DNA of 64,000 nucleotides, taken from assembly GCA_964019335.1 (NCBI GenBank), contig OZ025657.1:186001-250000 (forward strand), given 5' to 3'. The position numbers were made by a program, and so were the translations under genes. This DNA comes from Diplonema japonicum (Eukaryota > Protista > Euglenozoa: Diplonemea). Under the pieces are notes generated by a model. The model had not been told where the DNA came from, did not search any database, and saw nothing but the letters and a program-made list of their open reading frames with translations. Shown one piece after another: positions 1 to 9,400 of this stretch. Each line of letters begins with the position of its first letter. The stretch's first letter is position 1.

Positions 1-382
1 GGATGGTAGGCGACTTTGTAACTAGAGTCATGATGAGAAAGAGAGACGCAAAGATAATGATGAGGCAGCCTAACCCCCGAAGCTGCGAGCTGCCACAGGT
101 GTTCATTGTCCTGCAGCCTTCTTCCGTGAGGCTTCCTGCTGCGGCACCTATTGCTTCTACTATCACTGCCACCCCGAGAAATACGACGAGTTTCGATGCT
201 TTCTCTCGCGCTACCACTCTTCGCACTTTCCCCCCACCACTCAAAGCCGACCGGGACACCCCAGACACGTTCAAAGACGTCACTGTGCTGTTCGCAGGAC
301 TCGTGCTTCGTCCATCGAGACTTCTCCTTAGATTTATATTCTCATTGTACAGAGGCAAGGGGGACCCCGCCTCCACATCCAT
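1..382 (-). CDS. Membrane protein, N-terminal part (runs off window start)
   Basis: Open minus-strand frame from ATG at 382 (MDVEAGSPLPLYNE...KLVVFLGVAVIVEAIGAAAG...GLGCLIIIFASLFLIMTLV) with two hydrophobic segments. It is preceded by a TAAC...ACACAG acceptor and is absent from the ORF track because no stop falls in the window. Confidence 0.7.
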   Translation of the reverse strand, partial: MDVEAGSPLPLYNENINLRRSLDGRSTSPANSTVTSLNVSGVSRSALSGGGKVRRVVAREKASKLVVFLGVAVIVEAIGAAAGSLTEEGCRTMNTCGSSQLRGLGCLIIIFASLFLIMTLVTKSPTI

Positions 383-581
383 CCCTTCTGTGTGACTGTT
401 ATTTACTCCGTTGCCGTGTTATTGGTAACAATCAAAAGGGAAAGAAGAAGAAAAAAAGGGGGGGGGGGGATTTTCAAAAAGTCATATCGAAACAAGGGCT
501 TTTCTAATGCTCTTCCTGGAGCACTGCCCTCGGGGAACCCACAGAAACACTTTACACTATTCTCTCTTCATCTTTCTCGTA

Positions 582-2822
582 TCACCACATTCTCAAACGC
601 TTCTCGGGTGCGATGTACATCGGGTCGCCTTCCTTCACATCGAAGGCGGAGTAGAACTCACCGATGTTGTTGACAAGGTTTGCACGGAAGCTGGACGGGG
701 GGTGGGGGTCGGTGGTGAGGGCCTTGATCGTAAAGTCCTTTTTAGCGTTCTGCTTCCAGATGTTTGCAAAGGATTTGAAGAAAACACGGAAGTTTGCACG
801 GATCAGGTCTTCGGACGCTCCCTCTTTGGCGAGCCTCGCGGACAATGCTTGGATAGACAGACTCATCCCTCCAAGATCGGCAAGAGCTTCGCCAAGGACA
901 AGCTGCGCGTTCATCTTGTACGTGTTCTCACCGTCGACGAAGGAGTACGCCTCCGACTGCTCGTTCATCAACATGGTTTTTGCTGTGAAGAGTTCCTTGT
1001 CCTTTTCGGTCCACCACTCTTCGAGGTTCCCGTCACCGCTGAACAACCGTCCTTGGTCGTCATACCCGTGAGTGATCTCATGCGCGATAACAGCACCGAT
1101 CCCACCAAAGTTCACAGCATGGATGAAGTCATAATCAGGGAATGCCAGAGTCTCTTCTTGTATGTTGAAGTCGATGTCCTCCTTGTTTTTGCAGTAGAAA
1201 GGAGGCTGCAGAATCGCTGCGGGGAAGACTACCTCATTCTGCGTGGGGAGGAAGTACGCGTTGACGGTTTGTGGGGTTATGAGCCACTCTGTCTTGTCGA
1301 CAACAGAGTTGAGCTTCTGGTAGAACTCCACATCCAATGACCATTTCTTGTTCTTCTTCGAGATGTCGTAGAGGGTGTCGCCCGGTTTGATGTCCAGGAG
1401 GGAGTAGTCCTTCCACACATCGGGGAAGCCGATCTTCAATGCAAACTTCTCTAGCTTTTCCAAAGCCTTCTCCTTCGTCGCCTCTGTCAGCCAGTTGTTT
1501 GCCCGGATCGACGTCTTCATCACCTGCACCACCTCAAGGATCATCTCATTGACCTCGCCCTTGTATTTCTGTGGGAAGAACTTCGCAACGTAGACCTTGC
1601 CGAGCATCTCGCCGGCGTAGGCATTGACGATCTGAATGGTACGCTTGTCGTTGGGCTTTTGCTCCTCCTGACCGTGGAGCTTTCTCGAGTAGAAGTCGAA
1701 GTACTCCTCGTCGATCTCTTTAGTGCAGAATCCCTTGAAGGAAGAGACAATTTTGTATTGAAGGAACCCAACGTAGTTCAAAAAATTCTCCTTGTTGAGG
1801 ATCATGGCAAGAACACGGCGGATGGCATCACCGTCGTAAGCAGTGATGTGTTCGGCAGCAGGGGGGTTGGCGATGGATTTGGCGGTGAAGTGCTTCTCGA
1901 GGTTGGCCGCGAGAACGGATTTGAAATCGAACAGATCGTACAGCTTCGTGAAGAATTGCTCGGCGGTTTTGACCTGCTCGTCGGTGAGCTTAAAATCACG
2001 CTCGGCTTCCACATAGTTGTCCTCCTTCCCTGGCAGAGAGCGGAGAGAGTTTATTTCGGTGTACAGCTTCGTCATTGTGGTGTTCGTGTAGTACTCATCA
2101 TAAGACCTCTGCTGCTCATTCTTCATCTTGTACTTGGCAAGCTCCATCTCAAACTCGACAATGTTTGTAACGAAATCCTTCGGAAGCGTCACTGATGGTG
2201 CCAGCAACCCTTCGACGTTCTTCAAATGTTGCTTCCACTGCTCGCGCTTCTCGGCGAAGCTGTCGTCGAAGTAGTACTCCCTCCCGGGGAGGGACAGCCC
2301 CTTGGTCCCCAGACACAAGACAACGTTGTTCGAATTTTCCAGATCGTGGCTTTGATCGAAGTCGAACACGTTGGTGATACCGTTAATTTCACAGTAGTGA
2401 ATATACGTTGCAATCCTGTCAATAAGGTCATCAGTGTCTTTGATGGGTTCGCCAGGCCTCATGATTGCTTCCATAGCCTGCAGTTCCTTCTTGATTGGGT
2501 CGTAAGAGGCGGACGCGCTCTCCCAGTGCTCGAACCTTAAGGTCGAGGCCTCCCAGATACTGCTGATCTTCACTTCTTCTTCTGTTTTCACCTCTTGTTC
2601 TTTTAAGCTTTGAACCAGCTTGATCTGATCCTTCAGCCCTTCGTCGTGAAGCTTGAGAAAACCCCCCCACCTCGGGTACTCCCCCGGAATCTGGTTCTCT
2701 GGCTTGCTCAACCATTCTTCGTTGACGTGTAGATAAAAATCAGATTGCGCGCTCGTCATTTTAAACTGTCTTTTGGTTGCCAGACAAGAGGAGGAAACAA
2801 CAGTCCTAGTAGACAACTTCAT
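582..2822 (-). CDS. M13 family (neprilysin/PepO-like) zinc metallopeptidase
   Basis: Motifs DFYLHVN, VNAYF, FPAAILQPPF, HEITH, GEALAD and DPHPP. The N-terminal 21 aa are S/T/R/K-rich with no acidic residues (possible mitochondrial presequence); an alternative start is MTSAQ. Confidence 0.95.
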   Translation of the reverse strand: MKLSTRTVVSSSCLATKRQFKMTSAQSDFYLHVNEEWLSKPENQIPGEYPRWGGFLKLHDEGLKDQIKLVQSLKEQEVKTEEEVKISSIWEASTLRFEHWESASASYDPIKKELQAMEAIMRPGEPIKDTDDLIDRIATYIHYCEINGITNVFDFDQSHDLENSNNVVLCLGTKGLSLPGREYYFDDSFAEKREQWKQHLKNVEGLLAPSVTLPKDFVTNIVEFEMELAKYKMKNEQQRSYDEYYTNTTMTKLYTEINSLRSLPGKEDNYVEAERDFKLTDEQVKTAEQFFTKLYDLFDFKSVLAANLEKHFTAKSIANPPAAEHITAYDGDAIRRVLAMILNKENFLNYVGFLQYKIVSSFKGFCTKEIDEEYFDFYSRKLHGQEEQKPNDKRTIQIVNAYAGEMLGKVYVAKFFPQKYKGEVNEMILEVVQVMKTSIRANNWLTEATKEKALEKLEKFALKIGFPDVWKDYSLLDIKPGDTLYDISKKNKKWSLDVEFYQKLNSVVDKTEWLITPQTVNAYFLPTQNEVVFPAAILQPPFYCKNKEDIDFNIQEETLAFPDYDFIHAVNFGGIGAVIAHEITHGYDDQGRLFSGDGNLEEWWTEKDKELFTAKTMLMNEQSEAYSFVDGENTYKMNAQLVLGEALADLGGMSLSIQALSARLAKEGASEDLIRANFRVFFKSFANIWKQNAKKDFTIKALTTDPHPPSSFRANLVNNIGEFYSAFDVKEGDPMYIAPEKRLRMW

Positions 2823-2918
2823 GCACGGTTCGATGGGGGCCTGGGGGGGATTATAAAAAAAGAAAATAAGAGGGGGGAAACTTCAAAAAAAAAAAAAAAG
2901 AAATTAAATTTTCTTTTC

Positions 2919-4616
2919 TTACCCAGGAATGGGTAGCATTCTAGCAGAGTCCTCTCTAGCCCTTTTCAGTTTTCTTCGGAGGGCGTTGTTGTCACCTTGC
3001 AGCTTGAGGACCTTAAGCCGTAGGTTGTCCATCGTAACATAATTAAAATAGTGTTTAGGAGTTGGGGGCACTTTAGGAAGAATGAAAGCCTTAGGGGGTG
3101 GTGTCTCTCTACGGCGGGAGAAGGGGTTTTGCACTGCGTAGAACTTTCCAGTGCGGCTGGACGGAGAAGTGTGGGACCCGGCGGCTCCTTTGCCTACAGG
3201 GATGCAAACGGTATTCTTTGTGTCACCAGACGGTGGAACAGGATGGATGATATACCCCCGTTGCTTCTTTCTCACCTCTTTTTTTGGCTCTATTGGAAGA
3301 TGTGGTCGTGCTGGCTGTTTCATTATCTTCCGTCGTCTAAACCCCTTCTCCTTATCCTGCTCATCTTGCTTCTCAGGTGGCGGCCATTTCCCTCCCCTCT
3401 CCTCCAACGGCCCCAGCATGCTCCCGCTCATCATCTCTTCCAGCTCTTCTTGCGACACTGTTAGTATCCCGGGGTACAGCCTGCTGAACACGTTCTTCTC
3501 TTCCATGGGGTACCCCATCACCTGCACACTTTCGTCGTTCTTTTTCTTCTTCTTCTTCTTCCTCGGCTTGTCAGGCAGGGGCGAGATGTGCTGCGCCACC
3601 ATTCCTATTTTCTTTCGTACCTTCTTTGCCTTCTTCTTCCTCACGATTTCTGACTCGTCTGCAGCGTTGTACTGCGACAGCGACGACGGCAGCGAGAAGG
3701 ACGACACGGATGACACAGCCGACCCCCGCTCAACAGGCGGCGTGGGGCTGGTGAGAGGTACATTTGCAGTTTCTATGTTTGCCGCCATCTTCTGGGGATC
3801 GCCATCAATCTCGGGCAACGCGGATGCCACCTCTTGTGGTCTTTCTGGCTTGCTAACTACCGCCGGTGACTGTAATGCCGAAGTAACCTGCTGCACTTGT
3901 GACACTTCAACTGACTCTTGACTCCGCTGTAGTGGCGCTGCAGAAACATCCTCCCGCGGCCGTGTCGCACAGGTAGGTAGCACTGGAAGCAACTCTTGTT
4001 CTGGTGTCGGCTCTTCTTTTGGTGTTATTTGTGGGACCAATTCTTCTGTCGCTTGTTCTTCGGCCATCATGTTCGCTTCTATCACAGGTTGTGTCTCTAT
4101 CACAGGTTGTGCCTCTATCTCAGGTGACTCGGGCTTATGTTGTGGCTCCGACTCTGTACTTGCTGCTTCACCCCCAACTGGGTCCGATATTCGTGGTGAT
4201 GTTTCGACCTTTGATTGTGTTACCATAGCTGCTTCCTGATCGTCTTTCATCTCTTCGGCTTCGATCTGTGGTGCTAGTGCCTCCACGACTGGAGTTACAG
4301 GACATGATGAGTCAGATCGTGTACTCCGGTACTCTGGTCTGGTCGGGTCTTCAGGTGCGTCTTCCGTCGCGTTTGGTTCCAAATCGCTAGGCTTCCTGTC
4401 GATATCTTCATCAGATGTATCGCTGCTCTCAGACATCGAGGTCGGCACGACAGGAGATATTGGTCCTGACGTCGGTGCTAACGAACGTGTCTGCGAAGCT
4501 GAGAGCGACTGAGAAACAGTAGGCGACTGTGAGTAGGCTGCATAAGAGGACTCGGACTCACTGTACCGGGCTGACTCCTCGTTGGTTGACGAGAAAGAAG
4601 ACACGTCCTCACTCAT
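2919..4616 (-). CDS. Hypothetical Ser/Glu/Pro-rich protein with C-terminal coiled coil
   Basis: 565-aa ORF with coding-like composition and no homopolymer erosion. It may have one more tiny exon (2819-2840). Confidence 0.75.
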   Translation of the reverse strand: MSEDVSSFSSTNEESARYSESESSYAAYSQSPTVSQSLSASQTRSLAPTSGPISPVVPTSMSESSDTSDEDIDRKPSDLEPNATEDAPEDPTRPEYRSTRSDSSCPVTPVVEALAPQIEAEEMKDDQEAAMVTQSKVETSPRISDPVGGEAASTESEPQHKPESPEIEAQPVIETQPVIEANMMAEEQATEELVPQITPKEEPTPEQELLPVLPTCATRPREDVSAAPLQRSQESVEVSQVQQVTSALQSPAVVSKPERPQEVASALPEIDGDPQKMAANIETANVPLTSPTPPVERGSAVSSVSSFSLPSSLSQYNAADESEIVRKKKAKKVRKKIGMVAQHISPLPDKPRKKKKKKKNDESVQVMGYPMEEKNVFSRLYPGILTVSQEELEEMMSGSMLGPLEERGGKWPPPEKQDEQDKEKGFRRRKIMKQPARPHLPIEPKKEVRKKQRGYIIHPVPPSGDTKNTVCIPVGKGAAGSHTSPSSRTGKFYAVQNPFSRRRETPPPKAFILPKVPPTPKHYFNYVTMDNLRLKVLKLQGDNNALRRKLKRAREDSARMLPIPG

Positions 4617-4773
4617 TGCAGTGTGTCATGGCCGCCTGTGGTGCTAAAAAGATGATGTGCTGGCGGGGGGGGGGGGGGGGGGGAGTAAAACATCACGCAT
4701 CGAAAAAGATACCAGAGAAAACACAGGGTAAACCAAAAAAAAAAAAAAAAAGAAACGAGAATTGCACTGTCAC

Positions 4774-6242
4774 TCAAATGTCGATTCCCTTCCTGGGAAC
4801 AGGGGGCATCCCGCCCGATTGGTAAATCCCACAGAGGCTCTTCGAGGACTTCTCGTCACCCTGTAGGTCGATGCCTGCCCATGTCCAGTACTGGTCTGTT
4901 GTGCGTGCGGTGCCAAGGCCGTACTTTTGGATCTCGCGGAGGTCGATTTCGGACTCTGGGACTACCTTGTCGAAGATGTCGTGGAGGCCGAGGATGTAGT
5001 TGACACGCAAGGTGGACTTCCATTGAATAACGTACCGCTCGTTCCATTTGTCTGTCCAGAAGACGGGCCTGAGCTTCGACCCCGATGTGATGTACAGGTG
5101 CGCTACAACACTCTTGTCAGGGTGGTAGAAGTCGTACCCATGCGTCCACGCCCGCACAGCGAACGACATCTCCTCCCCATCAAACAGAAACGGTGTGTAA
5201 GGGTCATAAGGCACATTTGCCACACGGTGTCCTTTCGCAAAGTTGAACCCTGCTGCAAGGAAGGCTGTTCGAATTGGTTTGCTAGGACGGTGCATCTGAG
5301 TGGGAGTTAAAAAAAAAAAAAAACCTCCCCATTCACATACATGACCAACAACATGCTTGAAATTCTGCGACTTGTAAATCTTAACTTTATTGGTGGTACA
5401 GATACACATTTCATGGGACGATCGGGATATCTCGAATTCACCTGTTTGAAATTGTTTCGAAAGGACTACTGATGAAAGGAAAGAAAGAAAAAAAAAAACA
5501 TACCATCCCCAGACTTGTCGAACCCCGTATGCCTCTCTGTGTAGTGGGAAGGGTAGGTGGTGATGATGGCATGGTCGTCGTCGATACGCTTGAACATATC
5601 AATGATTTCGGAGTCCCACCCACGAGAGAAGTGGGAGTGGGAATCGATGTTCATGACGTAGGTCTCACCTTGGTAGTGGTTCTCGGCCATGTGGCGGCCG
5701 AAGGTCACACCTTGTGTCTGCCTCATTGGGAGCCGTGAGACTCTAACTTGCCAAAGACGGGTGCACAATGGGTGGTTTGGGCAATCTAACTGGTTGTGAA
5801 TGTTCGCAATGCAGTCCTTGCACGATGCCGCATCGTCCAACCCGCTGCAGTTGTGTTGCTGAAATATCCCGAAAAACACTCTGTCTGGATACGCTGCCCG
5901 CTCGTACGCTCTCGCCACAGTGGGTGCGCACTCCATGTCCCCGTACGATGCAAGGGCGATCAGTATCGATTCTCTTTCGTAGTGCTCTGTCACACCGCCT
6001 TTTTCCGCAGATTCTACGTTTTTCTTTACCTTTGTGACGCCTTTGACTGATGTCTCTTTTACCTCCATGCGCTCCTCCAAGTCTTTCAGACTTCCGAAAT
6101 CTATCACCTTCCTCTCCCCCTTCTGCAAGTCGGTTGCTCTCCTTCCACCCGACACACTTTTTAGCATCCTATGCTGCGACGTGAACCACCACGCCATGAC
6201 CAGCAGCTGAACGAGCAGGACGGCGATGAACCATTTTTTCAT
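4774..6242 (-). CDS. GT60 family polypeptide alpha-GlcNAc transferase (Gnt1/Gnt2-like), type II membrane, 3 exons: 6242-5504, 5441-5341, 5295-4774
   Basis: N-terminal signal anchor, ASYGD, IDSHSHF, AAGFNF, PFLFDGEE and WTHGYD motifs. Removing two GT-AG introns gives a continuous frame (...KSGDG-EFEIS...HVVGH-MHRPSK...). Confidence 0.9.
5296..5340 (-). other. Spliceosomal intron, 45 nt (in frame)
   Basis: GTATGT...TTAACTCCCACTCAG; removes an implausible GGFFFFL insert from the catalytic domain. Confidence 0.85.
5442..5503 (-). other. Spliceosomal intron, 62 nt
   Basis: GTATGT...TTCAAACAG; restores the GT60 reading frame. Confidence 0.85.
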
Positions 6243-6469
6243 TGCATCTTGACAAGGGTGATAATTTGGACGGAAGGAAGAAGAAGAAAGAAAAAAAGAA
6301 GAAAAAACTTAATAAAACAGGGGATCATCATACACTTCGGTACGAAGGGGTGAGGAGGAGCAAGTAAAGACAGCGTCAACATGTAAATGAAGGTGTATGT
6401 CTACAACATGCCCTGCACCCAACCATAGGAGATAAGAAAAGGAAGGGAGAAGAAAACAAACAAATGCGA

Positions 6470-9400
6470 TTAGAACTTAGGCGTTATCGTGACAAGGCCC
6501 TCTGTAGGGAGGGTAGCAGAATCGACAAGGACAACTTTCAACACACGGGGCACCGACGACCCTGCGGCAAGCCGAACGGTAAAGGTGCGTATGAGCTCTG
6601 CCAGAGTCTTGGTCTTTATTTTCGTTGTGGAGGCGAGCTCGATGGAGTACTTATCGAGGGTCTGGGACACCTTTCCAAGATGGTCCCTTCCAAAGTAGAT
6701 CTGGTCCTTGGTGATGCTCACATCTTTCTTTACCAAAGTAATCACATCTTGGTCCTGCCGTCCGGACACGAACGTCATGCTTACCGTCCCACCACCTACA
6801 ACATCTTTCGGTTTTCCTTTTTCATCTTTCCCGCAAATCCATGATATCGATGCTTTCGGCAGGATGTACACATTCACTTCAGGAGTTCTGCATACAACTT
6901 CATCCACGTACGCAAATGGGGGTTTCAAGTCTGTATTTTGTAGAACCATGATCGGGCTTAAGACTTCGACGGTGATTTTGTTCCTTCCCTGCTCAGGGTT
7001 AGCCCCGTCGTGCACCAACAAGGTGTATGTCCTGCTCGAGGCGGGCTGCATCTTGTCGGCGAGGGATGTGTACGAGATGCAGTTGAAGCAGTAAGACGCA
7101 AGCTGAATACTCACAACATTCGGTACTTTAGAAAACGAGATCTTCAGGTTATTACTAGGCGACCAGTTCCCACATTTAGTAGATGCCATGGTGCCTACAA
7201 CAGTGTCGGTGCCATCGATGAGGATGTCCTCACCCTTCAACACCAGATAGGGGTGTTCATCTGCGGCGAACGGGAACTCTGAGTTGACACTGTGTTTCGC
7301 TCTGCACAGCTTCTGCTCATTAACTGTCATGAACGCCACCTGGTCGGTTTTTGTATGTCCTGACGAGAGTTCAACAGTGATGTTACCTCCTGTGAACCAC
7401 ATCGTGTCAGGATCCTGCAGCCAGACTTGTCCCATTGGTGCCAAGGGGAACACCTCATGCGCGCCCTGCCTGTATGTCACTTTCGGCGACTTGACGATAA
7501 TGTCGGTCACGTCGTCTACTTCTTGAATCTCGATTTGTATGATGGCTTCTGAAGAGCACTGCCCCCCGTCATTCACAGTCACTTTACAGTGTTTGACTGT
7601 CTTCCCTGGGTCTAAAGAGGTGTTTGAGTACGTCAAGCTTCTGAGTATTGTAATGACGTCCTTCCTCTTCACCAACGTCTTGCTCCCAAACGACAGGCAC
7701 ATCCAGCTCGACGTTTGGCTCAGCACCCCGATGTGTGCATTCAGCAAGTAAGTGTCGTACACTGTGGTGGGGAGTTTCGGCTTCTGCGATGCGATGATCC
7801 TTTCTGCAGCAGCTTCTTGCATTTGTGATATGAAAATGTCCTTCAGGATGAGGTTTGCACGGATATGTGGTGTGAGTGCCTTAGACACCTTGTCCCGCAG
7901 GATGTTCTTCACAATCGTGGAAGAACGTGCCCTCCTCTCCCTTGGCTGCGGTTCGTCTGGCACGTCGTCTGCTTCCCTCTTCACAAGCTTCACCTCGGAG
8001 CTTCCCTTCAGCCCTAAAATATCAGATGCGGTGCTGCCATCGATGATCTCTACCATGACATACCCGTACTGGTAGTCAATGTTGTCCATCGTCAGTTCAA
8101 ACGGTGCCAGCCGTACCTGTCCCGACCCTTCTCTGTACTGTAAGGTTGTTTGCGGCACTTCGAAGAATTCTGGCGCTACCTTGATCATCACCTTATCCTC
8201 CAAAGGAGGATCCAGTTCCGTTGTCAACAGCGTATTAACTAACGAGTGTCTTCCCTTTGGAAAACTAGAACCAGGCTGCAAGCAGATTTCAACCACTCTG
8301 TCACCCTCCTTTGGCCGCAGGTAGAGGGAAGACCACGCAATGGACGCGAGCAGCTTCGAACAGCAAGTAATGGAAGCTTCCCCTGTGCTCGAGAACAGCA
8401 GAGACAGCTCCTCCATCTCGTCAGCGTCGAGCTGGTTCAGCATGCTCTCGAAGACACCTCTATCCCATGAGGGATCAAACACGACACCCTTAACTACGGT
8501 AGCTACATGACGCCCTTCGTACACGACAGTATTCTCCACTCCGTCCTCCGTCTTCCTCTGTAAGATGCATATAGAAGTGCGCTCACCGATCTCTTCTTCA
8601 CTGTTCAATATTGGGCAAGCCATCATGAGGACGTCACCACGCTGAACGCCTGCTGTCAGGGAACACTCTAAGTACCCCCCTACAAACCGGTCTGTGTCAA
8701 CATCTTCCACCTTTACACCCCAGCAAGGCCGTATCATCGGCAAAGAAATGTACTTCTTGAAGGCTGGAGGCAGACCCGTGCTGCAGATTTGTCGGAAGGT
8801 CAACTTGTTCGTTGCAAGCTCCATGGTGGCGGGGTCATCTTCGGCAATGATGTCAATGCGTACGTGGCACTTGCTGCTGTTGCCATTGCAGTCGACCATT
8901 GCTAGCTCGAGTGTCCTGTTCCCCGGTGTGGGATCCTGTGAAAAGTTCCCGAACCGTATCCGTTTCAAGAGCTTTCTAACAGTTTCGGTGCTAACCAGCT
9001 TCGAAAAGAGTCGTATGGTGACCTGTCGGTTATTCAGGACAGCTTTGGTGGGCGGCTTCGACGTGGAGAAGAGACTGCCCTTAACGACCTCAGCGATGGG
9101 AACAGGTTTGTCAAGCCCGTCTTCGTACCATATGAGCAGCTTCTCTGGGTCGTTTTGCGTATCATCCGGAACAGGGCACATGTGGACATCTCCGTATTCA
9201 ACAAGAGCCATGTTGATGTCCTTTCTCTCGCCCTGCCGCAGGTACATGGCATCGCTGTAGCTAAACATCAGCACATCGTCATCCGTGTGACCTTCTGTGA
9301 ATGTCATGTTCAACACATAATTGTGGTAATTCCCCAACGAGAAGGCGTAGATGCCCGCCCATGTCACCTGCGTAGCATCGTTCACCGTCACGTTGAACAC

